From an uncultured Clostridia bacterium (GTDB lineage Bacteria > Bacillota > Clostridia > TANB77 > CAG-508), in assembly GCA_934122035.1 (NCBI GenBank), contig CAKOVP010000001.1:60-64059 (forward strand): DNA of 64,000 nucleotides, given 5' to 3'. A model generated the notes under the pieces. The model made no database searches. It saw nothing but the letters and a program-made list of their open reading frames with translations, and was not told the DNA's origin. Numbering within the stretch: the first letter of the stretch is position 1; the number at the start of each line of letters is the position of its first letter. Below are positions 39,688 through 51,388 of this stretch, one piece after another. The position numbers and the translations under genes were made by a program.

Positions 39688-41223
39688 TTATTTTTCTACT
39701 ATTATGCTTTCCCCTGTCATTTCGGCTGGTTTTTCTAAGTTCATTATGTCTAACATTGTTGGTGCTAAATCTGCAAGTTTTCCTTCTTTTAGTTTAGCGT
39801 TTTCCATTCCAACTAATATTACTGGAACTGGATTTGTTGTATGTGCTGTATGAGGTTCTCCTGTTTTGTAGTCTATCATTTGCTCGCAGTTACCATGGTC
39901 TGCTGTTATTATTAATCTACCTTGTTGTGCATTTACAGCTTCTACTACTTTTCCAACACATTCGTCAATTGTTTCTACAGCTTTTATTGCTGCATCTAAG
40001 TTTCCTGTATGTCCAACCATATCTGTATTTGCATAATTTAATATTATTGCATCATATTTTTTAGAATTTATTGCATCTACTACTTTTTCTGTTACTTCTC
40101 TTGCACTCATTTCTGGTTGCATATCATATGTTTCTACCTTTGGAGATGGAACTAAAATTCTGTCTTCTCCTGGATATTGTTTTTCTTGACCACCATTAAA
40201 GAAGAATGTTACGTGTGCATATTTTTCTGTTTCAGCAATACGAAGTTGTGTATAGCCTAAGTCACTAATATATTCACCAAATGTATTTTTTAAATGTTCT
40301 TTTTTGAATGCTATTTCTACATTTGGAAGTGTTTCATCATATGGAGTCATGCATACAAAGCATAAATCTAAGTCTTTTCTTGTTTCAAATTCGTTGAATT
40401 CTGGATCTACTAATGTTCTTGTAATTTGTCTTGCTCTATCTGGTCTAAAATTAAAGAATATTACAGAATCGTGTGGCTCTATTTTTGCAACTGGATTTTC
40501 TCCATTACAAATTACTGTTGGTTCTATAAATTCATCAAATACTTCTTTTTGATAAGATGCTTCTACTGCTTGAATTGCAGAACTTGCTTTATTTCCTTTT
40601 CCATAAACCATTGCATCATATGCTTTTTGCTCTCTTTGCCATCTCTTATCTCTGTCCATTGCATAGAATCTACCAGAAATTGTAGCAATTTTTCCAATTC
40701 CTTTTTCTTTCATTTTTTCTTCTAGTTTTGTTATATAACTTTCGCCAGAAGCAGGTGGTGTATCTCTACCATCCATAAAGCAGTGTACAAATACATTTTC
40801 AAAATCTTTTCTTTTTGCAAGTTCTAGTAATCCATATAAATGACGAATATGACTATGAACTCCACCATCAGAAACTAATCCCATAATATGTAATTTTGAA
40901 TTGTATTTTTTACAATTTTCTATTGCTTTATTAAATTCTGAAATGCTAAAAAAGTCTCCGTCTTCAATTGATTTTGTTATTTTTGTTAGCTCTTGGTATA
41001 CAATTCTTCCAGCACCTATGTTTGTGTGTCCTACTTCTGAATTTCCCATTTGACCTTTTGGAAGTCCTACACTAAGACCACTTGCAAATATTCTTGAATT
41101 TGGACAAGTTTTCATTAATCTGTCTAAATTTGGTGTGTTTGCAAGCTTTACTGCATTTCCTTGTTCATTTTCGTTTATTCCAAATCCATCTATTATCATT
41201 AGCATTGTTAATTTATCTTTCAT
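39688..41223 (-). CDS. gpmI: 2,3-bisphosphoglycerate-independent phosphoglycerate mutase
   Basis: 511 aa; iPGM metal-binding motifs; completes the gap-pgk-tpiA-gpmI order. Confidence 0.95.
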   Translation of the reverse strand: MKDKLTMLMIIDGFGINENEQGNAVKLANTPNLDRLMKTCPNSRIFASGLSVGLPKGQMGNSEVGHTNIGAGRIVYQELTKITKSIEDGDFFSISEFNKAIENCKKYNSKLHIMGLVSDGGVHSHIRHLYGLLELAKRKDFENVFVHCFMDGRDTPPASGESYITKLEEKMKEKGIGKIATISGRFYAMDRDKRWQREQKAYDAMVYGKGNKASSAIQAVEASYQKEVFDEFIEPTVICNGENPVAKIEPHDSVIFFNFRPDRARQITRTLVDPEFNEFETRKDLDLCFVCMTPYDETLPNVEIAFKKEHLKNTFGEYISDLGYTQLRIAETEKYAHVTFFFNGGQEKQYPGEDRILVPSPKVETYDMQPEMSAREVTEKVVDAINSKKYDAIILNYANTDMVGHTGNLDAAIKAVETIDECVGKVVEAVNAQQGRLIITADHGNCEQMIDYKTGEPHTAHTTNPVPVILVGMENAKLKEGKLADLAPTMLDIMNLEKPAEMTGESIIVEK

Positions 41224-41251
41224 TTTTATAACTTCCTTCCTCTAATTTTCT

Positions 41252-42004
41252 TTATTTATTGTAATTAACTATTTTTGCAAATTCATCTGGTTTTAAGCTT
41301 GCTCCACCAACTAATGCTCCATCTATATCTGATGTTTCGAATAATTCTTTTGCATTACTTGATTTTACACTTCCACCATATTGTATTATTACTTCTTGTG
41401 CAACATCTTTTCCATATAAAGATTCAATTTTGTTTCTTATTGCCTTTATACTGTTATTTGCATCTTCTGCTGTTGCTGTTTTTCCTGTTCCAATTGCCCA
41501 GATTGGTTCATAAGCAATTATTGTATTTTTTATTTGCTCATTTGTTAATCCTTCTAGTGCTTTTTCTGTTTGATTTGTAATTATTTCTTCTGTTTTTCCA
41601 GCTTCTCTTTGGTCTAAACTTTCTCCAACACAAACTATTGGTTTTAATTCATTTGCAAATGCTGCTTTTATTTTCTTATTTACAGTTTCGTCTGTTTCTG
41701 CAAAATATGCTCTTCTTTCAGAGTGTCCTATTATAACATATTCTACTCCTACAGATTTTAGCATTTGCCCAGAAACCTCTCCTGTATATGCACCACTTTC
41801 TTCCCAGTGCATATTTTGTGCTCCAAGCTTTATATTAGAACCTTCTAGTGAATGCCAAGCGTAAAATATATCTGTAAATGGCACACATAAAATTATTTCA
41901 TTTTCTGATTTTTTAACCATTGGTGCTATTTGCTCTATAAAGTTTATTGTTTCTCCAGGAAGCATATTCATTTTCCAGTTTCCTGCTATAACTTTTCTTC
42001 TCAT
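41252..42004 (-). CDS. tpiA: triose-phosphate isomerase
   Basis: 'AGNWKMN...IGHSERR...AYEPIWAIGTGKTA' TIM signatures. Confidence 0.95.
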   Translation of the reverse strand: MRRKVIAGNWKMNMLPGETINFIEQIAPMVKKSENEIILCVPFTDIFYAWHSLEGSNIKLGAQNMHWEESGAYTGEVSGQMLKSVGVEYVIIGHSERRAYFAETDETVNKKIKAAFANELKPIVCVGESLDQREAGKTEEIITNQTEKALEGLTNEQIKNTIIAYEPIWAIGTGKTATAEDANNSIKAIRNKIESLYGKDVAQEVIIQYGGSVKSSNAKELFETSDIDGALVGGASLKPDEFAKIVNYNK

Positions 42005-42576
42005 CTTTCTTGCCCTCTTTCATAAATAATTTCATCTAACTTTTGTAATAGATTTTTAGTTTGTGGCAAATATGGAATTCTTATATTATTGCTTCCAGAT
42101 TTTATTATTTCTTTTACTTTTTCATAGTCCATCCATTGTATTGCTGCAACTTCTTCTTTTTGTAATTCAAAATCTTCTTCTGGAATTTTTCTATCAAGTT
42201 TTAATATATACCAAGGAAATATATAATTACCTGGTCTGCCATATTTTCTAAAGTCACATCGTTCTGAACCAACTTTTATTATTTTTTCAAATTCTCTTGT
42301 TTTTATTGCATTTTCGCCAAGTTCTTCTTTTATTTCTCTTCTAACAGCTTGGCTTTCTCGTTCACCTTGTCTAACATGGCCAGAGCATAAATCTAACATT
42401 CCAGCATCATGCAATTTTCCATTGCTTCGTATTTCCATTAAAACCTGATTGTTATTATTTAGTATCCATATTTGAAAGGCTTTTATTAATTTTCCTTCTT
42501 TTATTGCTGTTTCTCTTGGCATACTAATTCCTGTTTTATAGCCGTCTTTTGTAAATATATCGACTAATTCTTCCAT
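42001..42576 (-). CDS. Nudix hydrolase
   Basis: Nudix box 'GHVRQGERESQAVRREIKEELG'; overlaps the tpiA start by 4 nt. Confidence 0.75.
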   Translation of the reverse strand: MEELVDIFTKDGYKTGISMPRETAIKEGKLIKAFQIWILNNNNQVLMEIRSNGKLHDAGMLDLCSGHVRQGERESQAVRREIKEELGENAIKTREFEKIIKVGSERCDFRKYGRPGNYIFPWYILKLDRKIPEEDFELQKEEVAAIQWMDYEKVKEIIKSGSNNIRIPYLPQTKNLLQKLDEIIYERGQER

Positions 42577-42614
42577 TTGTCAAACCTTTCTTATTGTATT
42601 TTGTCACTAAAAGT

Positions 42615-43802
42615 TTATTTATCTAATAAACATTCTACTCCTGGAAGTTTCTTTCCCTCTAAGAATTCAAGAGATGCTCCACCACCTGTAGAAATATGAG
42701 TAAATTTGTCTCCAATTCCTAATTTTTCTATAGCTGCTGCTGAGTCGCCTCCACCAATTATTGTTGTAACTCCTTGCATATCTCCTAAGAATTTTGCTAT
42801 GCTGTTTGTTCCTATTGCAAATTGGTCAAATTCAAATAGTCCAACTGGTCCATTCCAAATTACTGTTTTTGCCTTAGCTAATTCTTCTTCATACATTTTT
42901 ATTGTTTTGGCTCCTATATCAAAGCCTTCCCATCCATCTGGTATTTCTTTGTAAGAAACTGTTTTACTTTCTGTATCTTCTTTAAATTCTTTACCAACTT
43001 TTGTATCTATTGGTAACATTAATTTAACACCTTTAGCCTTTGCTTTTTCCATTAATGATGTTGCAAGATCAAGTTTATCTAATTCACAAATAGAATTTCC
43101 CACATTGTATCCCATTGCTTTAAAGAATGTGTAAGCCATTCCTCCGCCAATTATTAATGTATCTACTTTTTCTAATAAGCTATCTATAACTCCAATTTTA
43201 TCTGAAACCTTTTTTCCACCTAATATTGCCATAAATGGTCTTTCTGGATTTTCTAATGTTGTTCCTAAGAAGTTTATTTCTTTTTCCATTAAAAATCCTG
43301 CAACTGCTGGTAAAAATTTAGCAACTCCAGCTGTAGAACTGTGTGCTCTATGGGCTGTTCCAAATGCGTCATTTACATATATTTCTGCCATTGATGCAAG
43401 TTCTTTTGCAAATTCTTCGTCATTTGCTTCTTCTCTTGAATCAAATCTTACATTTTCTAAAAGTACTATTTCTCCATTTTGCATATTTGATGTAAGTTCT
43501 TTTGCACTTGGTCCAATTATGTCTTCTGCAAGTTTTACTTCTCTGCCTAACAATTTAGATAATTCTTTTGCAACTGGTGCTAAAGAGAATTCTTTTTTTA
43601 CCTGTCCCTTTGGTCTACCAAGGTGTGAGCAAAGAATTACTTTGCAATTATTTTCTAGTAAATATTTTATTGTTGGAAGTGCTCCTACAATTCTTCTATT
43701 ATCTGTGATATTAAAGTTTTCATCTAATGGTACATTAAAGTCACATCTTACTAACACTTTTTTATTTTTTAAGTCAATATCTCTAACAGTTTTTTTATTC
43801 AT
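42615..43802 (-). CDS. pgk: phosphoglycerate kinase
   Basis: 395 aa; full-length PGK. Confidence 0.95.
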   Translation of the reverse strand: MNKKTVRDIDLKNKKVLVRCDFNVPLDENFNITDNRRIVGALPTIKYLLENNCKVILCSHLGRPKGQVKKEFSLAPVAKELSKLLGREVKLAEDIIGPSAKELTSNMQNGEIVLLENVRFDSREEANDEEFAKELASMAEIYVNDAFGTAHRAHSSTAGVAKFLPAVAGFLMEKEINFLGTTLENPERPFMAILGGKKVSDKIGVIDSLLEKVDTLIIGGGMAYTFFKAMGYNVGNSICELDKLDLATSLMEKAKAKGVKLMLPIDTKVGKEFKEDTESKTVSYKEIPDGWEGFDIGAKTIKMYEEELAKAKTVIWNGPVGLFEFDQFAIGTNSIAKFLGDMQGVTTIIGGGDSAAAIEKLGIGDKFTHISTGGGASLEFLEGKKLPGVECLLDK

Positions 43803-44070
43803 ATAAAAACCTCCTTCAGATTTTTGCCATTATTTATCTAACTTGTTTTTAAGATAGATATTACAAAACTATATTTTTAAGAGTTATAGTCCTCTAATAT
43901 TTATCTTTTTAAATTTAATATGTAGAATTTCTAAACTATTACTTTCTAGTAATTATTAATTCTCTGGGGCTTGATTTTTTTAAGCCCCAAAAGAATTTTA
44001 TAAAGTAAAATTTATCATTGCAAAATTTATTTTGTTATATTAGACAATATTGCCGAATTCATAATAACAA

Positions 44071-45177
<1,107 letters not shown>

Positions 45178-45354
45178 TTACATTTATTAGCTTTTTTTAG
45201 GCAATTTTTCTACTATTTTTTCACAAAATAACTTTAAAAATTTTTGCAAATTACTTTCATTTTATATTTTATAAAATACCCACATTATTCTTTATAATTT
45301 TATTTTTAGAAATAAAAAAAGCAAGCCAAAATAGACTTGCAAACGTTTGCTTAA

Positions 45355-45582
45355 TTAAAAATTAATTTTTTGGAACATAAAGCCTTGTACTTGTTCTGTT
45401 GTAATTTCTTGATGCCAAAAATCATTTATTGCTTTAAAAGTAGCTTCTTGCTTTGGTGTTAATTCTACTGTTATGTCTTGGAATAAGAAGTTCTTTATTT
45501 TTGTCCACATTGTAACTTTTGTTGGTACTGCTGTGTCAAATTGATTTTCTACTACATTATCATTATTTAATGGTCCTTCCAT
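45355..45582 (-). CDS. hypothetical small protein
   Basis: 75-aa version beginning MEGPLNN with RBS AAGGAGG 7 nt upstream; no recognised domain. Confidence 0.4.
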   Translation of the reverse strand: MEGPLNNDNVVENQFDTAVPTKVTMWTKIKNFLFQDITVELTPKQEATFKAINDFWHQEITTEQVQGFMFQKINF

Positions 45583-45715
45583 ACTGCTTCCTCCTTTGTA
45601 AGAAAATATTATTTTTTTCTTTACCATATTTATACTATAAAAAAAATATTTTATCAAGTCTTTTTTACATATTTTTTTGTTTTTTTTAAATTTTTATTTT
45701 TATTTTAAGTTTTTG

Positions 45716-46270
45716 TTATATTTCCATTTGCTTTCCTAAAAAATTTGCAGCAGATTGAGCCACCTTTTGCTCAACTTCTGTCATTTTAGTTTTATCATCT
45801 TTAGACAATAATATTACACTTCCAACCGTGTCTCCATCTGATATTATAGGATATATTACTTGTGCTTTGGAAATTTTATCGTTTTTTTCCTTGCCTGTTA
45901 TTGGAACTGCCATATCATTATTGTCTTTACTTATATATTTTTTCTTATCTTCTAATATTTGTTCTAACTCTTTACTTATTCCTTGTTCAAGCCATTCTTT
46001 TTTAGGCATTCCAGACACTGCAATTACAGTATCTTTGTCTGTTATGCAAGCTATATGTCCTGTTGTTTTATTTAAGGTTTCTGCATACTCTGTTGCAAAT
46101 TCAGAAAGCTCTCCAATTGGAGAATATTTTTTTAATATTACTTGTCCTTCTCTATCTGTAAATATTTCTAGCGGATCTCCTTCTTTTATTCTTAAGGTTC
46201 TTCTTATTTCTTTTGGAATTACTACTCTGCCCAAGTCGTCTATTCTTCTTACAACTCCTGTTGCTTTCAT
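45716..46270 (-). CDS. spoVT: stage V sporulation protein T (AbrB-N + GAF)
   Basis: 'VVRRIDDLGRVVIPKEIRRTLRIKEGDPLEIF' SpoVT/AbrB swapped-hairpin N-domain; 184 aa. Confidence 0.85.
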   Translation of the reverse strand: MKATGVVRRIDDLGRVVIPKEIRRTLRIKEGDPLEIFTDREGQVILKKYSPIGELSEFATEYAETLNKTTGHIACITDKDTVIAVSGMPKKEWLEQGISKELEQILEDKKKYISKDNNDMAVPITGKEKNDKISKAQVIYPIISDGDTVGSVILLSKDDKTKMTEVEQKVAQSAANFLGKQMEI

Positions 46271-46371
46271 TTATTTCCTCCTCATTTATAAAAGTAATTT
46301 ATATTTCTTATTATTACAAATAAGGAAAAAAATATACATTTTAAGCAGGATTTTTTCAATCCTGCTTATTT

Positions 46372-48330
46372 TTAATCTACTGTAGTATTTTTATATTTAT
46401 CTACAACATTTCCAAGTTCTTTTGCAAACTCTTCTATCATTACTGTTTTTATTGTTGGTCTCTTTCCATCAATATAATTATCCATTATCATTTTTAATTT
46501 TCGCATATTTTCTATTTCTAATTTAATCAAGTCACTATTTTGTTTTGCTCTTTCGGCAAGCATTTCTCTTATTGTTACCATATCTTCATTACTTGCACAA
46601 GATAGTCTTTGGAACAATTGGAATGGATCGTAATATTTAAATATTGGTATGTCTTTGCATTCTTTTGCATATTTGTCATAGAATACTTCCATTTTCATAG
46701 GAATACATTTAAATAATTCTTCCGTCTTTTCTGTATACATTCTGTCTTTTAATTGTGTATTTATTTCGTAGAATCTTTTAATTATTCTTTGCATTTCTTC
46801 TCCAGGATTTTCTATAGCAATTTGTTCTAATTCTTCTTTTGCATCTGCACAATATTCTGAAGTTACAGAAGCAATATTCATTCCATTTGTAAAAACACTT
46901 TCCATTGTTTTTATATCATAGTCTATTAAGTTCTTTTCTATGAAATATGAAAAATATGCAAATAATTTTACACACTCTATTGGTTCTATTTTTCCATCTT
47001 TTATGTCTTTCAATATTCCATTTATTACACTTGGAAATTGATCATCTGTAATTTTCCAATATTCTTCTGTAAGTAGTCTTTTATATCCTGGTAGTTGGTC
47101 TGTATCGACTGTATTTCTTATAACTTCCATATCATCTCTAAATATTTTCATATCAAATATTCTTGTACGTACATATAATTCGATAAATTTGAAGAATCTA
47201 TAGTCTGCTTTGAAGTTATAGTAATATGTACTATCAAATTCTTTAATATAGAATTGGCGATTGTCCATAAATACTCTTGAAGATACAAGTATTGCTCTAT
47301 ATTCTTCGTTGTTTGCTATGTTTTTAAACTTATCTTTTGTAACTTTTCCAGCTTTTATTTCAAACGAAATAGCAATTGTAAATATAAGCATTGTTTGTAG
47401 CACTCTATTATTTGTATTTGGATATGACGCATTTACCATATCAAATACTTTTTTAAAGTCATTTAAAGCATGTTTTAGAATTCTTAAGTTTCTTGTTCCA
47501 CTCTTATTAAATGTTGATGTTATTAGATTTGAATTTTGTCTTAAAAATCTTATTAGTTCTGGATATCTTTCATATCTCATAAATAAGCCATTTATAATAT
47601 AAGTAAATTCTGGTGCATATTCAAAAGTTTCACCAATAAGTTTTTCTTTTATTCTTTCATAGTCATTTGCTTTATCAAATACGTATTCTATTGTATCTTG
47701 AATACGCTCTACCATTGGTTCATCTGTTTTTATATTTAGCTTATTTTCTTTATCTAATAAATATGTAGCAATAAATGTTTTCATTTCTAGATTGCTACTT
47801 TTTAGCTTAGTAGATAGCTCTTTTTCATTGCAAATAATTATTGTTTTTATATGGTCATGTTCTACGAAGTTATTTATATATCCTAAAATATCTATAACGT
47901 CTACATTGGCTCTTTCTAGGTCATCAAAGCAAAGAACTTTGTCCTCTGTAGAGAAAAATTCTTCATAGTTTATTTTATCTCCATTTTGTGTAACTCCAAA
48001 AAAGTTTGCCATATCTAGTCCTGTTTTGGCATACTCTGGAATTACTTTTTCGCCTTTTGATCCCATATATTTTTTTAGGTTTTTGTCCATTAATTGAGTA
48101 GTTTCTATGAATATTTTTTTGCTTATTTCTTCTAGGTTAGAAATACCATATAAAGACATATAAATGGTTGTATATTTTTTACCATTTACTTGCATTGATT
48201 CAATTTTATTTCTTATTTTGTGATTCCAAAAATAAGTTTTTCCGCTTCCCCATTCACCATTTATCATTATGGCGTAATCTGTGTAATCTGCTCTAATGTA
48301 GTCCAATATGCTTTCTACTAAATCGTCCAT
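46372..48330 (-). CDS. KAP-family P-loop NTPase
   Basis: Walker A 'INGEWGSGKTYFWN' typical of the KAP NTPase family; 652 aa. Confidence 0.7.
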   Translation of the reverse strand: MDDLVESILDYIRADYTDYAIMINGEWGSGKTYFWNHKIRNKIESMQVNGKKYTTIYMSLYGISNLEEISKKIFIETTQLMDKNLKKYMGSKGEKVIPEYAKTGLDMANFFGVTQNGDKINYEEFFSTEDKVLCFDDLERANVDVIDILGYINNFVEHDHIKTIIICNEKELSTKLKSSNLEMKTFIATYLLDKENKLNIKTDEPMVERIQDTIEYVFDKANDYERIKEKLIGETFEYAPEFTYIINGLFMRYERYPELIRFLRQNSNLITSTFNKSGTRNLRILKHALNDFKKVFDMVNASYPNTNNRVLQTMLIFTIAISFEIKAGKVTKDKFKNIANNEEYRAILVSSRVFMDNRQFYIKEFDSTYYYNFKADYRFFKFIELYVRTRIFDMKIFRDDMEVIRNTVDTDQLPGYKRLLTEEYWKITDDQFPSVINGILKDIKDGKIEPIECVKLFAYFSYFIEKNLIDYDIKTMESVFTNGMNIASVTSEYCADAKEELEQIAIENPGEEMQRIIKRFYEINTQLKDRMYTEKTEELFKCIPMKMEVFYDKYAKECKDIPIFKYYDPFQLFQRLSCASNEDMVTIREMLAERAKQNSDLIKLEIENMRKLKMIMDNYIDGKRPTIKTVMIEEFAKELGNVVDKYKNTTVD

Positions 48331-48341
48331 AAATTCCTCCT

Positions 48342-49007
48342 TTAATCTTTTGCAATTGTTAATACTCCAATTTTTTTATTTGTATATTTTTTCAATATTT
48401 TTGCACATTCATTTGCAGTGCTTCCTGTTGTAAATATATCATCAAAAATTAGTATTCTTTTGTTTTTTATTATTTCTGTTTCGTTTATGCTATATGCATT
48501 TTTTGCATTTTCTATTCTTTGCTTTTTATTTAGCAAACTCTGTGCTGTATTATTTTTTGTTTTATTTAATGAATTTACATATTTTAGATTTGTTCCTTGT
48601 TTTTCTACGTCTTTTGAAAGTTGTTTTGCAATTATTTCTGTCTGATTATAACCTCTTTCTCTTTTCTTTTTATTATGCATTGGAACTGAAATTATTATAT
48701 CATAACTTTTTAAATTGTCACATATTTTTTTGTTATTTATAAAAATCTTTTCAAAGGTCATATAATAATATGGTTTATTGTTGAATTTATAATTTATTAT
48801 TTGCTCTCTTATAAAGTTTTCGTATTGAAAAAGATATATATGTTCATTAAAGTATATATCTTTTTTGTTGTAGCTATCTATATTAAAATGCTCTAATTTT
48901 TTTAGTTTTATTTTGCAGTCTTCACATAGACAATTTCTGTCTATTTTTCCACAAAAAGAACACACTGGCGGAAAAATTAAATTTAATATTTCCTCTTTAA
49001 TATTCAA
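48342..49007 (-). CDS. comFC: ComF-family phosphoribosyltransferase (ComFC)
   Basis: N-terminal Cys4 zinc-finger 'CSFCGK...CEDCK' and C-terminal PRTase 'ILIFDDIFTTGST'. Confidence 0.75.
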   Translation of the reverse strand: MNIKEEILNLIFPPVCSFCGKIDRNCLCEDCKIKLKKLEHFNIDSYNKKDIYFNEHIYLFQYENFIREQIINYKFNNKPYYYMTFEKIFINNKKICDNLKSYDIIISVPMHNKKKRERGYNQTEIIAKQLSKDVEKQGTNLKYVNSLNKTKNNTAQSLLNKKQRIENAKNAYSINETEIIKNKRILIFDDIFTTGSTANECAKILKKYTNKKIGVLTIAKD

Positions 49008-49071
49008 AATTTTTTCTATAATTTCTCTCCTTAAATTGATTATTCTTTATCTGTTTTATGTGCTTATTTGC

Positions 49072-51327
49072 TTAATCAGCAATTTTTTCTAGTTTAAATT
49101 TAAGTCCTGTATTTCTCTGTCTTGATTCATTATTTGAAATCATATAATTTATTACACTTTGTGAACCTATTACTATTAATAATTTTTTTGCTCTGGTCAT
49201 TGCTGTGTATATTAAATTTCTTGTTAATAACATTGGTGCTGTTTGAGCAGCCACTAATATTACAACATCAAACTCACTTCCTTGTGATTTATGCACTGTT
49301 ATGCTGTAGGCATGTTCTAACTGATCTAAATCTGTATTTTCATATGTAGCAATTTTGCCATCATCAAATTTTACTCTTACTGTTTTTGCTTCTTTATTTA
49401 TCCTTTCAATTCTTCCGAGTTCTCCATTAAAAATGCCATTTCCAAGCTCTTTTTTAAATTCTCTCTCATTCTCTTTTTCCCACAAAATATTGTAATTGTT
49501 TTTTGTTTGCATTACTCTATCTTGTTCTCTAAAAATTACCTCTCCATATGTTCTTTCATTTTTCTCTTCTTCTTCAGGATTAAGTTCTCTTTGTAATAAA
49601 TTGTTTAATTCTTTTGTTCCAAGTTTTCCTTTTTTGGTTGGAGTAATTACTTGTATGTTATTAAAGAAGTCATAGTTGCCAAAATTTCTTAGCCTTCCCT
49701 TACATAAGCTTACAATTTCGTTTTGTATTTTTTCTTGGTTTACTTCATTTATATAAAAGAAGTCGTCCAATAATTCTACATTTTCATTGTTTATTATTGT
49801 TTCTTTTATGTTTCCAGATATAAAATTTTCTCCTTCATTTACTCTATGGGCATTTACTATTATTTTGCTTTTAGCAGCTTGTCTAAAAATTTGATTTAAT
49901 GTAATTGTTTTTACTGTATTTGATGTTATTATATCTTTTAATACACTTCCAGGGCCAACTGATGGAAGCTGGTCTATATCTCCTACTAGTACTAGCTTTG
50001 TGCCTTTATAGATTGCTTTTACTAAATAGTTCATTAAGAACATATCAAGCATTGAAGCTTCATCTACAATTATTATATCACCATCTATTGGTGTTACTAA
50101 TAAATCTGTATTAAAATTATCTGCATCATCTGAAATTCCAGCAAGTTCAAGAAGTCTGTGCAGAGTTTTTGCTTCTTCTCCTGTTGTTTCTGTCATTCTC
50201 TTTGCAGCTCTTCCTGTTGGTGCACAAAGTACAGGTTTCATTCCGTGTTTTTTGTATAATTCTATTATTGCCTTTATGATTGTTGTTTTACCAGTTCCTG
50301 GTCCACCAGTAATTATGCATACATTATTCTCATTTATGCTTTCTACAGCTTCTCTTTGTTTTTCTGATAACTCTATATTTATGTCTTCTTCTATTTTTTC
50401 TAAATCTTTTTTCAAATTTTTTATATATTTAACATTATCCGCATTTCTTAAATTAATTATTTTTTCTGCAATATTTTTTTCTGATTGATAAAAAGGTTTA
50501 GAATATACCCACTCTTGCCCATCTTCTCTTTCTTCTATGTATATTTCTTCTTTTGCCTTCATATTTATTACTGCATTTTCAATTGAGTTTATATCTATTT
50601 TTAGCAAATCTTTCTCATAATTTAGCAAATTATTATATAATACACATGAATTTCCATTAAGTCCTATTTTTTCTAATCCATATTTAATTCCACTTCTTAT
50701 TCTAGTATAATTGTCTATTTCTACACCTAATTCTAGTGCAATTTTATCTATTTTTTCGAAGCTAACTTTACTTGCAACATCTATTAATATATATGGATTT
50801 TGACTTATTTTTTCTAATGCATCATTTCCGAGTTTTTTATAGACATTTTCTGCACTTTGAGGGCCTATTCCAAATTTATCTAAGAAGCCAACTATTTGCC
50901 ATATTTCCCAGTTTTCTATGAATTGTTGTGCAATTTCTAATGCTTTTTCTTTGCTTATTCCTCTTATCTGTGTTAATTTTTGAGGTTCTAATTTTATAAC
51001 ATTTACTGTGTCTTCTCCAAAAGTATTAACAATTTTTTTAGCAGTAGCTGGTCCTACACCTTTAAAATTACCATTTGCTAAATATTGCTCTAGAGCTTCT
51101 GGTGTTGTTGGCATCATTTTTTCAAATGTTAATATTTTTATTTGTTCACCATAATCTGGATGAGAGACAACATTTCCATTTATTCTTATGTTATCGCCCA
51201 CATTTATAAAAGGTAAATATCCTACAACCGTTGTTTCTTCTTTTTCTGTTGTTTCAAAGGTTGCAACCGTATAACTATTTACCTCATTTTTATATATTAT
51301 ATTTGTTATTTGTCCTTCTAACTGCAA
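49072..51327 (-). CDS. recD2: ATP-dependent RecD2-like DNA helicase
   Basis: 751 aa; SF1 helicase motifs 'ITGGPGTGKTT' and 'VDEASML'; RecD2-type N-terminal OB/HhH region. Confidence 0.85.
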   Translation of the reverse strand: MQLEGQITNIIYKNEVNSYTVATFETTEKEETTVVGYLPFINVGDNIRINGNVVSHPDYGEQIKILTFEKMMPTTPEALEQYLANGNFKGVGPATAKKIVNTFGEDTVNVIKLEPQKLTQIRGISKEKALEIAQQFIENWEIWQIVGFLDKFGIGPQSAENVYKKLGNDALEKISQNPYILIDVASKVSFEKIDKIALELGVEIDNYTRIRSGIKYGLEKIGLNGNSCVLYNNLLNYEKDLLKIDINSIENAVINMKAKEEIYIEEREDGQEWVYSKPFYQSEKNIAEKIINLRNADNVKYIKNLKKDLEKIEEDINIELSEKQREAVESINENNVCIITGGPGTGKTTIIKAIIELYKKHGMKPVLCAPTGRAAKRMTETTGEEAKTLHRLLELAGISDDADNFNTDLLVTPIDGDIIIVDEASMLDMFLMNYLVKAIYKGTKLVLVGDIDQLPSVGPGSVLKDIITSNTVKTITLNQIFRQAAKSKIIVNAHRVNEGENFISGNIKETIINNENVELLDDFFYINEVNQEKIQNEIVSLCKGRLRNFGNYDFFNNIQVITPTKKGKLGTKELNNLLQRELNPEEEEKNERTYGEVIFREQDRVMQTKNNYNILWEKENEREFKKELGNGIFNGELGRIERINKEAKTVRVKFDDGKIATYENTDLDQLEHAYSITVHKSQGSEFDVVILVAAQTAPMLLTRNLIYTAMTRAKKLLIVIGSQSVINYMISNNESRQRNTGLKFKLEKIAD

Positions 51328-51388
51328 AATTTTATCCTCTATTCTTTTTTTCTTATATTATCACATATGTTTTTCTATTTCAATTATT

